From Gemmatales bacterium (GTDB lineage Bacteria; Planctomycetota; Planctomycetia; Gemmatales; HRBIN36): a stretch of 64,000 nt of DNA. The DNA lies in assembly GCA_046350055.1 (NCBI GenBank), contig JAXMBC010000001.1, forward strand, positions 151,425 through 215,424, written 5' to 3'. This document shows, in pieces, positions 8,384 through 19,100 of the stretch. Position 1 is the first letter of the stretch. The number at the start of each line of letters is the position of its first letter. Both the position numbers and the translations under genes were made by a program. Under the pieces are notes generated by a model. That model was not told the DNA's origin and did not search any database. It was given only the letters and a program-made list of their open reading frames with translations.

Positions 8384-9295
8384 TTACATCACTCTCGCTT
8401 CGACACCCTCTCTGGCTTGTAACACCGTACCCGTTGCCACGTATTCCTTGCGTAGCATTGCAAAGCCCATCCAGCCCAGCTGCTGGGAACATGCAACCGT
8501 TTTGAGCTTGCCGATTTCCTTGTCGTTCACCATCAGTGGCACATTCATCCACGATGCTGCGTTGTTGACTGGTCCTGTCAGCAAGACTCGCTTCAATTGC
8601 CGGTTGACATGTCCATACGCTCGTATGCGGGCGACTGTTTCCTGACCGATGTAGCAACCCTTGGTGAAACTGATTGCCTGTTCGGTTCGATTGACTTCCT
8701 GAGGCAGGTTGCTTTCATCGAAATCGATGCCATAGGCGGGAGTGCCCGCTTCCAGCCGAAGGATATCCCATTGGGGGTCGTCGGTCGTCAGCAGTGGCGA
8801 AGAGACCATGGCCTGAGCCATTGATAAAGAGGAGCGTGTCCCCCAGAGGAATGCTGAAGGTGAACCAAGAAAGTCGCATCGCTGCAGCGTCAGGCCATCA
8901 CCCGGACAACAATGCTGCCAGAGTTCCAGTCGGCCCAGTTCCGGATGTTCTGGAATCAGCCACAGAAAGTCACTGTCGGTTCGATCTTCCAGTTGGACCT
9001 CTTCGCCAATGATGTACCGTTCCAGGTGACTGATCACTTTACCTGCCAGCCCCGGCTCCATGTTCAGATCCAGATGCTTTTGCGAAAGGCAGATACGCAG
9101 CCAGGCGACAATTTTCGCCTGTGCCGTGGTGAGGAAGGCTTCACATCCCTGCCCTGCCCCTGGTTTCACTACATCGTTCGTGGTGAAGTTCTGCAGGAAG
9201 GCCGCTCGATCCTTACCTGTCAGTCGGACCTTGCCGAACGCAGAAAGATCGAACGCAGGATGCTGGACGTTCTGAAGCGGTGATGTTGTGCTCAT
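8384..9295 (-). CDS. ygfZ: YgfZ/GcvT-family folate-binding protein
   Basis: Signature KGCYIGQETVARI, GcvT-like N-terminal region, ATG at 9293-9295. Confidence 0.8.
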   Translation of the reverse strand: MSTTSPLQNVQHPAFDLSAFGKVRLTGKDRAAFLQNFTTNDVVKPGAGQGCEAFLTTAQAKIVAWLRICLSQKHLDLNMEPGLAGKVISHLERYIIGEEVQLEDRTDSDFLWLIPEHPELGRLELWQHCCPGDGLTLQRCDFLGSPSAFLWGTRSSLSMAQAMVSSPLLTTDDPQWDILRLEAGTPAYGIDFDESNLPQEVNRTEQAISFTKGCYIGQETVARIRAYGHVNRQLKRVLLTGPVNNAASWMNVPLMVNDKEIGKLKTVACSQQLGWMGFAMLRKEYVATGTVLQAREGVEARVM

Positions 9296-9317
9296 GACTC
9301 CATTCTAATAACGAAAC

Positions 9318-9341
9318 AACCCCTGAGTCTCCTCAGGGGTT
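9318..9341 (-). terminator. hairpin downstream of the OMP gene
   Basis: aacccctgag-tctc-ctcaggggtt, a 10-bp perfect stem. On the minus strand it is followed by gtttcgtt. Confidence 0.5.
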
Positions 9342-9379
9342 GATATGGATCATGGAACCAGCTGCGTTGTCAGCCGCGG

Positions 9380-10765
9380 CTAGAACACGAATTCCACCGT
9401 AGCCGATGGACCGTGGTAGATCACAGTGTCAGCTGTGCTGCGGTAGGTGGGAGCAGCTTGCAAATCGTAGGTAAACTGCCCTTGAGCCTGGGCCACACCG
9501 GTGTAGATGCGGAGGTCATAACCTGCCCGCAACCGCATGTTTCCCAGGTTCATATCGAAATACAGGCCACCTTCATAAGCCTGGGCAAATCGCCAGGTGG
9601 TATCGCTGACGTTGTATGCTGTGAAGCCATCACCACGTACCAGCGAGGTGGTTGTCTTGGCACCGTTAGCCAGCAAGGCAATCTTCTGATCCCACGTCAT
9701 ACTCCAGGTGGGAGAGAATCGCTGGGTAATCGACCAGCCAATCTGACCACCCACCATGTCGTTCTCGCCACGCCATCCCAGTGTGGCCTTGGTGGTGGGA
9801 TCATTGATGCCTAACTGCAGATCATCGTCTACCGTGTAGTGATACAACTGATCCTGCAGTTTGATATACCGGGCACCGATCAGGTAGCTGACATCCAGCG
9901 TCTTCCAGCAGTCACCGAAGAAGCGGAAATTGATTTCACCACTGTAGATGCTGTTCTTGTATGCCAGGTTCATGAAATCAGCATTGGTCCAGAGACCAAA
10001 TGTATCCTGAAAGCCAACTGGCACATTGGTATAGGGCGAGTTCAGCCGACCGAGCGAAGTGAAACCTTTGCTCGTTTCAGAATTGACCAGGTAGAACCCA
10101 CCGATTTCAAAGATCATGCAGCGGTAGTCATCCTGCAACCCGATCGATGCCTGCACGCCATTGTTGAGGCCGGGCGAGGCATCGCTGAGATAACCGATGA
10201 AGGGAGTCACACCGAAAGTGGGATCACCCAGGCCGTCGATATTGTTGTCGATGGATTCCCGCGAGACGACGGGGAAGTCAGCTACGCCATTGCGACGCAG
10301 ACCGATGTAACCCGCTTTGACATAAACGCGACGGCGTTCACCATCTTCGCTGTAGAAGATCTTGTCCCAGATGCTGGTGCGATTATCGTGGGAGATACCA
10401 GGGTAATAGGTGCCACCCATGGGCAGCCCTACGCCAGGCATACCGTTCGGGCCACAGTCGCCGTTGAAGGCGGGGCCACCTGGCAAGCCAGGCATGCCAC
10501 CCATACCGGGATCAGCCATGGGGACGGCAGGGCCGCCTTGCATCCCCGGCATTCCGGGCATCCCAGGCATTCCACCTGGAGCCATGGCTGGCATTCCTGG
10601 GCCATAGCCTGTGCCAAAGAGCGGCATGGGGCCTTGAGGCGCCCCACCAGCCGGTGCCATGTTCATGGGCATCGGTTCACGCGGGCCATACTGGGCCTGT
10701 GCCATCGGGCAAAGGCTCACGCAGCCCAATCCCACTAACAGACCGCTTGCCCATCGATTCGCCAT
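9380..10765 (-). CDS. putative outer-membrane beta-barrel protein (BBP7-like) with Gly/Pro/Met-rich N-terminal region
   Basis: Signal peptide ..CVSLCPMAQAQ, then a GMPGMPGMPGMQGG low-complexity region, an alternating beta-strand-like C-terminal part, and a terminal ..TVEFVF aromatic residue. Confidence 0.55.
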   Translation of the reverse strand: MANRWASGLLVGLGCVSLCPMAQAQYGPREPMPMNMAPAGGAPQGPMPLFGTGYGPGMPAMAPGGMPGMPGMPGMQGGPAVPMADPGMGGMPGLPGGPAFNGDCGPNGMPGVGLPMGGTYYPGISHDNRTSIWDKIFYSEDGERRRVYVKAGYIGLRRNGVADFPVVSRESIDNNIDGLGDPTFGVTPFIGYLSDASPGLNNGVQASIGLQDDYRCMIFEIGGFYLVNSETSKGFTSLGRLNSPYTNVPVGFQDTFGLWTNADFMNLAYKNSIYSGEINFRFFGDCWKTLDVSYLIGARYIKLQDQLYHYTVDDDLQLGINDPTTKATLGWRGENDMVGGQIGWSITQRFSPTWSMTWDQKIALLANGAKTTTSLVRGDGFTAYNVSDTTWRFAQAYEGGLYFDMNLGNMRLRAGYDLRIYTGVAQAQGQFTYDLQAAPTYRSTADTVIYHGPSATVEFVF

Positions 10766-11025
10766 GATCTGTTCCCCTAACGGCCCCGCGGCGGAGGCTC
10801 GTGTCGTCCCCCCTGCATTTCACCCACGCCGAGACGCAACTCGCGCAAGCAGGCAATAGCAGATGGGTGAATCATCGGCCTGAAAGACTGGCTTTCTTGA
10901 AACAATCCCTAACCTCACTACCCTGTGCATCTCCGGTAAGACTTGCCCAGTCGCCTTCCCTTACTTGCCTTCCTTCGCTACGATGGGTTCTCTTCACTAA
11001 CTTTCCCAGCAGGGTACCAAGCACG

Positions 11026-11733
11026 ATGTCGAGTGAAACCACCTCTGCGGTATCTGGGCAACCTGGCGAACCCTTACCCGCCCTCACGCCTCTGGAACGG
11101 CGCATCCTCGGTGTTCTGGTCGAAAAAGCCAAAACCACCCCCGATGCCTACCCCCTGACCCTCAATTCCCTGGTTACGGGCTGCAACCAGAAGAGCAACC
11201 GTGAACCGGTCATGGATGTGAGCGATGTCGAAGTGGAAGAGGTCATTCCCAATCTCAAAAAGCTCGGCTACATGCAGCAGATTCTGGGTAGCGGACGCTC
11301 TGACAAATTCCGTCACTGCCTCTACGATGCCTGGCGGGTGGACAAGGTGCAGCTAGCCATCCTGGGCGAACTGCTGCTGCGGGGCAGTCAATCGGAAGGA
11401 GACCTGCGTGGAAGAGCGTCACGCATGGAACCGATCGCTGACCTGGAAACGCTCCGGCCCATTGTGAAATCCCTCGCTGAACGGGGCATGGTGATTTACC
11501 TCACCCCCGAAGGCCGCCGTGGCACGATGGTAACGCACGGCTTTCATACCACTGAAGAGTTACAACTGCTTAAGGCACGGGCTGAACGATTAGTAGTCGA
11601 TGAACCATCACAATCCATCTCCCGGCCTGCACCATCGAGTTCCGCCCTGGAACAGCGAGTGCAATCCCTGGAACACACTGTAGCTGAATTGAAAACCATC
11701 GTACTTGCACTTCAGTCCAAATGGGGTTCCTGA
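11026..11733 (+). CDS. yceH: YceH/DUF480 family protein
   Basis: LTPLERRILGVLVEKAKTTPDAYPLTLNSLVTGCNQKSNREPVM.. closely parallels E. coli YceH. ATG at 11026 chosen; the ORF-track start at 10801 adds an implausible 75-aa extension. Confidence 0.85.
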   Translation: MSSETTSAVSGQPGEPLPALTPLERRILGVLVEKAKTTPDAYPLTLNSLVTGCNQKSNREPVMDVSDVEVEEVIPNLKKLGYMQQILGSGRSDKFRHCLYDAWRVDKVQLAILGELLLRGSQSEGDLRGRASRMEPIADLETLRPIVKSLAERGMVIYLTPEGRRGTMVTHGFHTTEELQLLKARAERLVVDEPSQSISRPAPSSSALEQRVQSLEHTVAELKTIVLALQSKWGS

Positions 11734-11853
11734 ATCGATGTACCAAGGCGGATAAACATCCAACATTTCTTGGTCAGCGAAGTCTCAGACGGGTAGAATG
11801 TACAGGATATACCCTTTGGTGCGGAAACGCTCCGGAAGGTGTAGTGATCGTTC

Positions 11854-13890
11854 GTGAAGGAACCCCCACGCATGGCAACGCGAGATAACTCGCCTGATGA
11901 ACGCGATGACAAATCGAAGAAAGCCCCCACTATTCTTACCGGGCCGTGGTGGATTTTGATTGTCATCACGCTGGCTCTCTTTGTCTTCCTGCTCATGCGC
12001 GAACAGTACCTGGGCAATACACGCATTCCCTACAGCGAATTCAAATTGCAACTCAGCCGGGGCAATATCAAAAATGTCCGTATCGGCACCACGGTCATTC
12101 GTGGTGAGCTTCGTGACTGGAAGGTCCTGCCCGAAGATTTCAGGAAGGGCCGACGTGAATCTGACACCAGCTTCACCACTTTGCGCTCGGATGATAAGGA
12201 TCTGAACACCCAGCTCGACCAGGCCCGACTCGCCGGACTGGATTACTACGACAGTGAACCAGATTCCTCTGGCACGATTACTACCTTACTGGTCTACCTG
12301 GCACCCATTCTGATCCTTGTTGCACTCTTCATGTTCATCCTGCCACGGATGCGTGATCCTATGGGTGGCGGGTTCATCTCCAGCTACATCAAAAGCCCGG
12401 CGAAACGTTACGAAAAAGGTAAGACCCGCGTCACCTTTGAAGATGTTGCCGGTATGGAAAATGCCAAGGCTGAGCTTCAGGAAGTAGTCGACTTCCTCAA
12501 GAGCCCTGAAAAGTTCCACAAGCTGGGTGGCCAGATTCCCAAGGGTGTGCTGCTTATCGGTCCGCCAGGCACCGGCAAGACTCTGATTGCCCGGGCTGTT
12601 GCCGGCGAAGCTGGGGTGCCATTTTACAGCATCAGCGGCTCCGAATTCATTCAGATGTTCGTCGGTGTCGGCGCAAGCCGCGTGCGAGATCTCTTCAAGA
12701 CTGCACGCGAGAACTGTCCCTGTATCATGTTTGTGGATGAAATTGATGCGGTGGGACGTGTTCGCGGTGCAGGCCTGGGTGGCGGACATGACGAACGTGA
12801 GCAGACCCTCAATCAGATTCTCACCGAAATGGATGGCTTTTCGCCCACCGAATCGGTGATCGTGCTCGCAGCCACCAATCGCCCTGATGTGCTGGACCCC
12901 GCTCTGCTCCGTCCCGGTCGGTTTGATCGACATGTCACTATTGATCGCCCGACCTGGCAGGGCCGCCTGGCGATCCTTAAAGTGCATACCCGCGATAAGC
13001 CGCTCGCCGCAGATGTGAACCTCGAAGCCATCGCCCGCACCAGCATCGGCATGACAGGTGCCGACCTGCGGAACCTGGCAAACGAAGCTGCCCTCAATGC
13101 CACCCGAGCCAACCGTAACAAGATCACCACGCGTGACTTTACCGACGCTGCTGACCGGGTGATCCTGGGCGCCAAGCGGGAAGAAGTTCTCAAGGAATCC
13201 GACAAGTATCGAACTGCTATTCATGAAGCAGGCCACGCGCTGTGTGGCTGGCTGGAACCGCAGTCAGATCCGCTTCACAAGGTGACGATCATTCCCCGTG
13301 GCAGGGCTCTGGGTGTTACCCAGTTCCGTCCCGATGATGACAAGCTGGAGCACACGGAACCGCAACTTCGCGCTCATCTGGTGATGGCCATGGGTGGAAG
13401 GGCAGCGGACAAGCTGATCTTCGGCCAGACCAACTCCGGGGCTGCGATGGACATCAAGCAGGCGTCCCGTATTGCCCGGCTCATGGTCACACAGTTCGGT
13501 ATGAGCGAAAAGCTGGGGCCGGTTCACTATCGAATCGGCGAGGAGCACGTCTTCCTGGGCAAGGAGATACAGGAGTCGCGTGATTTCGGCGAAAGCACGA
13601 TGCAGTTGATCGATGAAGAAGTGCGTCGCCTGGTGCTTGAAGCTGAGTCGCGAGCCGTAGAACACCTGACGACGCATCGTAAGAAGCTGGATCTTCTCGC
13701 TGAGGCCCTGCTCAAGCGTGAAGAACTGAGCAAGGAAGAAGTGGATCTACTGCTCAAGGCTGAATCGCTCGACGTTCTGCCACCGATTGTAGTGGAAGAT
13801 ACCAAGACACCCGCAGCGCCAGCCAAGGTCGAGGAGACCCCCTCTTCAGCGGATGTGCCCAGTACCATTCGTCCCCTTCCTGCGGTGTAA
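11854..13890 (+). CDS. ftsH: ATP-dependent zinc metalloprotease FtsH
   Basis: TM pair, AAA+ Walker [12 protein letters not shown], zinc site HEAGHAL. Start is GTG 11854 or ATG 11872. Confidence 0.95.
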   Translation: MKEPPRMATRDNSPDERDDKSKKAPTILTGPWWILIVITLALFVFLLMREQYLGNTRIPYSEFKLQLSRGNIKNVRIGTTVIRGELRDWKVLPEDFRKGRRESDTSFTTLRSDDKDLNTQLDQARLAGLDYYDSEPDSSGTITTLLVYLAPILILVALFMFILPRMRDPMGGGFISSYIKSPAKRYEKGKTRVTFEDVAGMENAKAELQEVVDFLKSPEKFHKLGGQIPKGVLLIGPPGTGKTLIARAVAGEAGVPFYSISGSEFIQMFVGVGASRVRDLFKTARENCPCIMFVDEIDAVGRVRGAGLGGGHDEREQTLNQILTEMDGFSPTESVIVLAATNRPDVLDPALLRPGRFDRHVTIDRPTWQGRLAILKVHTRDKPLAADVNLEAIARTSIGMTGADLRNLANEAALNATRANRNKITTRDFTDAADRVILGAKREEVLKESDKYRTAIHEAGHALCGWLEPQSDPLHKVTIIPRGRALGVTQFRPDDDKLEHTEPQLRAHLVMAMGGRAADKLIFGQTNSGAAMDIKQASRIARLMVTQFGMSEKLGPVHYRIGEEHVFLGKEIQESRDFGESTMQLIDEEVRRLVLEAESRAVEHLTTHRKKLDLLAEALLKREELSKEEVDLLLKAESLDVLPPIVVEDTKTPAAPAKVEETPSSADVPSTIRPLPAV

Positions 13891-13892
13891 CG

Positions 13893-14798
13893 ATGCCGCT
13901 ATTTCTTGGCGTGGAAATCGGCGGCACCAAGCTGCAAGTGGGGCTGGGGGATGGCCTGGGAAACATTCAGCATCTGCATCGTGTCGCAGCCAGACCTGAG
14001 GAAGGGGCTGGAGGAATCCGACACCAGATTGCCTCTGCAGTAGATGACGTACTCCAACGCGCCAACATCTCTGCTGCCGAAATCACCCGTTGCGGCATTG
14101 GCTTCGGCGGGCCAGTGGATGATCGCACGCAAAGCACCATCACTTCGCATCAGGTTGCTGGCTGGGATCATTTCCCGCTGGCTTCCTGGCTTCATCAAAC
14201 GCTGGGAATTCCCGCAGTCATCGGGAACGATGCCGATCTCGCCGGGCTTGCTGAAGCTCACTTTGGCGCTGGGCGAGGATGCAACCCTGTCTTCTACATG
14301 AATATCGGTTCCGGCATCGGTGGGGCTCTTATCCTGGAGGGTCGCATCCATCGCGGCACCGGCCTGGGTGCTGGTGAAATTGGCCACTTGTGGATCGACT
14401 ACGACGCAGATGACTGGCAGCCTGGTGGCGAAGCCTGGTCGATTCTGGAACATCGTGCTTCAGGCTGGGCCTTGCAAAAAGCAGGGAAGTCACCCGATGT
14501 AGTAACGCTGTTAGGAGCTGTGGAAGCTGGCGAAGCATCCGCAGTTACTGCCTGGCAGCGTGCACATCGACGCCTGGCAATCGCCCTCTCGCATGTCGTT
14601 GCTCTGCTCTGTCCGCAGCGTATCGTTCTGGGAGGCGGTGTCTCATTGGCTCCACCCTCGCTATTTCTCGAGCCTCTACGAGAGGAATTGGCTGCTATCG
14701 CCTTCAAGCCTTTTGCCAACTGCTACGATGTGCAGGTAGCTGGGCTGGGAGAATTAGTGGTGGTGCACGGGGCGTTAGCGCTGGCAGCACAGTCTTGA
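13893..14798 (+). CDS. ROK-family sugar kinase (glucokinase-like)
   Basis: LGVEIGGTKLQVG, GIGFGGPVD, VIGNDADLAGLAE. The ATG lies 2 nt after the ftsH stop. Confidence 0.85.
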   Translation: MPLFLGVEIGGTKLQVGLGDGLGNIQHLHRVAARPEEGAGGIRHQIASAVDDVLQRANISAAEITRCGIGFGGPVDDRTQSTITSHQVAGWDHFPLASWLHQTLGIPAVIGNDADLAGLAEAHFGAGRGCNPVFYMNIGSGIGGALILEGRIHRGTGLGAGEIGHLWIDYDADDWQPGGEAWSILEHRASGWALQKAGKSPDVVTLLGAVEAGEASAVTAWQRAHRRLAIALSHVVALLCPQRIVLGGGVSLAPPSLFLEPLREELAAIAFKPFANCYDVQVAGLGELVVVHGALALAAQS

Positions 14799-14885
14799 TT
14801 ACTGCTCGCGGCCTGGTAGTTCTTAGCTTCATCATGTCTTGAGGTGCATCTCGCTACAGTAGCCCCATCTTCATGGGAACGACAC

Positions 14886-16148
14886 ATGCAACATAGGTTC
14901 ATGGTGGTATTGACCATCTTGTTGGGATTGGTCCTGAGTACAGTCTCGGCTGCACAGCCTCCGGAAAAGCGTCCTCCTCGAAAAGGCCCTCCTGGCAAAG
15001 AGAATGGCAAAGGCAGCATACCGCAGCAATCAGCACATCCTGAAGACAAAGCAGCTTTTGGCACCGAGCCGGAAACTCCTGCCCCGACTACCCCCGCAGG
15101 CATGAAACACCTGGGTGGCAGATGGTATCTGAATGGCAAGACCTATCTCTACCGTGATGCCCAGCGATTCGTCGAACCATTCGGCTACACTGGCGACTCC
15201 AACAAAGATGGCATTCCCGATCTCGTCGTGAGCCATGATGACTCCTTCATCATCCTCCATTCGCAGAATCTTCCCAATCATCCACATGCCCCGTTCCCCA
15301 ATAGTCGCAATCCCAACACTATCACAGCCCAGAAGTTAAAACTCAAGATCCCGATCACACCACAAAAGGGAACGAGCATTACGCGCGTGCCAATGGGGCC
15401 GATCGCTGTGGCAGTCAATGGTGTAGTATTCTTCAATCCGTTCGAAGCAGGTGGCATGAATGCTGTGCAAGGTTACCGGTCCGAATGGCTCGATTCCTGC
15501 TGTGGACATCCACAACAACATGGTGTGTATCATTACCACAAATATCCAAGTTGCGTGAAAAGCCCTTTTCCGGACGACGGCGAACAGCACTCACCTCCCA
15601 TTGGGTTTGCCTGGGATGGTTACCCCATTTATGGACCGTACGAAGCCAAGGGCGTCGAAGCGAAGGATTTGAAGGACAACCAGATGCTCGATGTGTGTAA
15701 CGGCCACTTCGACCCGGAGCGAGGCTATCATTATCATGTCACTCCCGGCAAGTTCCCATACGTGCTTGGTGGATATGCTGGTGTACCTGAGCGGTCAAAC
15801 GGCCACGGTATCGGGCGGGATCCAGTCGGGGCGATTCGTGACAATGCAACAGGAAGCAGTCGATATGATCAGGCCCTGGTTGTTACGCCAGCTACTATTG
15901 CGCGAGGCAAGACGGTTGTCTTGCACATTGCTGGCAAGACAAACACTCTCCCAGCGGAGTTACCGAGCCGGGTACTGGTAGGGCCCTACGTAGGAAGCCA
16001 GCTGCGGCGCGATGGGAATGACATCACAGTATCAGTGAGTGTTCCCGAGGATGCAAGCTGCTGTCGACACGATGTGCATCTGGAGTATCATCGCAGTGGA
16101 CAGACGGTAGTAGCCAAACAGAACGAAGCAGTGCGGGTGATCAAGTAG
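14886..16148 (+). CDS. secreted YHYH-domain protein
   Basis: Two YHYH motifs (CCGHPQQHGVYHYHKYP; CNGHFDPERGYHYHVTPG). Signal peptide MQHRFMVVLTILLGLVLSTVSAAQ starts at ATG 14886. Confidence 0.75.
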   Translation: MQHRFMVVLTILLGLVLSTVSAAQPPEKRPPRKGPPGKENGKGSIPQQSAHPEDKAAFGTEPETPAPTTPAGMKHLGGRWYLNGKTYLYRDAQRFVEPFGYTGDSNKDGIPDLVVSHDDSFIILHSQNLPNHPHAPFPNSRNPNTITAQKLKLKIPITPQKGTSITRVPMGPIAVAVNGVVFFNPFEAGGMNAVQGYRSEWLDSCCGHPQQHGVYHYHKYPSCVKSPFPDDGEQHSPPIGFAWDGYPIYGPYEAKGVEAKDLKDNQMLDVCNGHFDPERGYHYHVTPGKFPYVLGGYAGVPERSNGHGIGRDPVGAIRDNATGSSRYDQALVVTPATIARGKTVVLHIAGKTNTLPAELPSRVLVGPYVGSQLRRDGNDITVSVSVPEDASCCRHDVHLEYHRSGQTVVAKQNEAVRVIK

Positions 16149-16162
16149 AGATCATGGCAGCC

Positions 16163-19100
16163 CTACTTTGTTTCGAACTCTTTCAATAGCGTCCGGTGCA
16201 TGACCTCCTGCTGCCAATCGGCAAGAGGCTGGCTGCTGAGCTGGGTTTTGAGTTTATCCAGCGTCAGGAGTTGCATGGGCGCGTTGCTCTGGTTCAGCTG
16301 CTTGTGTGCAAGTGCCTGAAGCAGCATGACCTTGGGATCTTCGCTCTTGATGTCCTTCAACATGACAAGTGCCTGTTCGGCCCGACCGCTCCTTACCAAT
16401 AATGCTGCTTTCAGTATTGGAATCGTGCTGAGTTGCGGATACGCGTCCAATGCAGACATTAAGTTAGTGAAAAGATCAGCAGAGCCAGACCGCAACACCG
16501 CAACGTGAATGATGACGACAAGTGTTTCCGCATCAGGATTCTTCATCGCCAGCAGTTTCTGCCGTTCGTGTTCATACCCTTCCAGGTCTCCAGCGTCGAG
16601 TTTCATCAAAGCTGGTAATGCGAGCTTCCATTGAGGCTGTTGCTGCAATCTGGCTGCCTGGGCTATGTCACGCATCGATTCCCGCCATTGTTTCAATTCG
16701 CCATAGGCCTGTCCACGCTGCAGCCATGCTGCTGTTGTCTCAGGCGATTGTGTCAATACCTCGGTGGTCGTGGCTATCACCTTCGGCCAGGCTCCCAACT
16801 GCCCCCACGCATGGGCGAGTCGTTGACGATAGGTGGTTGAACTCGGCTGAACCTGTGTCATGCGTTCGAGTTGCCAGGCCGCAGCGAACCAGTTTCCCGC
16901 TTTCTCCGCTGACTGAGCGTGATACTCATACCAGGCAATATCATCCGTGGGGATGCAGGTATTTTCTGACTTGTCCTGAACCCTGGCATAGCGTTCGGTG
17001 ATGCTTCGGGCATCAAGCAATGTCATACCACCTTGCTTATCAACCTGCATACCGGTAAGGGCTTGGGTCAGTGTCAGCAGATCGTCGACCTTCATCGGGG
17101 TGGTATCGAGATGATCCTGCCATACCTCCCCTTTCCAGCCGGGTAGTTTGGGAGTTACGGGCTCACCGGTGGCGCTATCCCAGACCCGGGTTGTGCCATC
17201 GATACTGGCACTGAATAGTGTGGTGCCATCGCTGCTGAAAGTCAGGAAGTACACTCCACCTTCATGCCTGATCGGGGCGTACAGCAGTTCACCGTTGGTC
17301 GCATTCCACACGCGGATGGTGTTATCGTCGCTTCCTGTCGCCAGAATGCTACCCAGCGGATGAAATGCAGCAACATAAACACGACTAGTGTGATGGCCCG
17401 TTTCCCTCCAGCGAGGCTGGCTGGTCGCGGTGGACCAGACCTGCACATCACCTTCATAACCACCAGTAACGAGCCATTGATTATCGCTGCTGAAAGCAAG
17501 AGCCGAGGTATTGCCAACCGTTTTAAGTGCTTCTCCCAGTGGTTCTCGGGTAGTAGCATCTCGCAGCCTGACGGGTTGATCTCCACGGTAATTGGCAGCT
17601 ATTTTGCCATCCGGGCTGGTTGCGATACGTCCCTGAGTACTCATATAGGGTCTGGCGATCTGCATCATTGCAGAGGCTTCAGTCTCTTCATCCAGTTGAA
17701 TAGGAAGAATCCAGTGACGAAGGAGTTGATCCTGTCCCGCCGCAAGCAACCCGCGACCGCTGGGAGTGAAGAGGCAAGCCAGTGGCGTGCCGTTGTGTCG
17801 GAAGGGAGAAACGACCAGGCGTCCGGTGCGTATATCCCAAATACGCGCGAAGTTGTCTTCGCTCAGTGTGCAGATCCAGCGGGCATCTGCACTGAATTGA
17901 ATCCTGTTGACTCGGCTGCCATGACGAAGCCGTGGGCTGTATTGCCGACCGTTAGATGCATCCCAAACGACACATTGCTTATCTTCCGAAGCGGTAGCGA
18001 TCCAGCGACCATCCGGGCTGAATTGAAGTTGTGTGATTCCGGCATCATGGCGAATAGGAGTGGGCACTGCCAGTTCACTGGTTGTCAGGTTCCAGAGGGT
18101 CACCACCCCATCCTCGCCACCGGTTGCACCCACAGTATCACCTGGATGGAGCGCGACTACAGTCTGCGGGGAAGACGTTTTCATGGGAGTGTTGGCCAGT
18201 TGACTTCTGGCCAGATCCCACCAGCGTAGGTTGCCATCGCGGCTGGGTACCAGTGCAAACTTACCCGATTTAGCAATGGCTACATCTGAAACAGTCTGCG
18301 CGTTGTTCATCAGACTGCTCAGCGGCTCGAGCGTGGCCCGGCTGACCACGCTCATTCCACCCGACTTATTGACTAACAACAGCGACTTGCCATCTGGAAG
18401 GAATTCAACAACCGCCAGCCCCTGACCTACAACGCGCGACGATACACCGGGTTGCCATTGCCAGAGCTTGGCGCTGCCATCGGCGCTAAGAACAAGGAGT
18501 TCCCTGGCGTCAGGTGCAAAACTCAGGCTCGCCATGGGGGTGCCATGCTCGATGGGCATCGTCACTGGCTTGCCATCGTTCATATTCCAGATGCGCAGCA
18601 GACCATCGTTACCCGCACTGGCGAGGAGCTTGCCATCGTGGCTGAGAGCCAGATCGTTGATGGCCGATTCATGCCGCCAAAGGTGGGCCAGAATGGGTGA
18701 CCGCATCAGTACCGAGGCAATACGTTTACGGTGTATTGTCTCGGCAACCGGGTTTTTCTCATCCAGTTTGAGCGCTTCAGCAAACCAGCAAGCCGCCCCG
18801 AGCATATCGCTGCGTTCCAGCAGTTGTGCTCCATTGGCTACGGCAAGCCGTATGAGCCTCTGTTTACTCTCCTGGGCTGAGGCACTGGCTTCGTCCTTGG
18901 CTAATTCAGCGGCTCGTGCACGTTCCTTTACTGCAACATAAGCCCAGCTGCCCAGCACGATGAAGGAGAATACCCCCAGGATAATAGCACCGATCAAGGA
19001 AGCAATAAGTGGCCGGCGATATACCCACTTCGTGAGACGCTCGATGGGACCCACGGGCCGGGCGGTAATGGGACGGTCTTCGAGATAATTAGCCAGGTCG

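Noticed and set aside
10801-11025. N-terminal extensions implied by the longest ORFs: yceH 10801-11025, lpxA 47173-47289, HK 54379-54675, TolC-like 32804-32848, PhnD-like 34263-34328, DUF1080 38354-38386, Flp 62121-62189, ahcY 63899-63949.
   Set aside because: The extensions lack homology to the families concerned and often start at GTG/TTG. They would also overlap divergent genes or remove promoters. Internal ATGs with SD-like sequences or signal peptides fit better.
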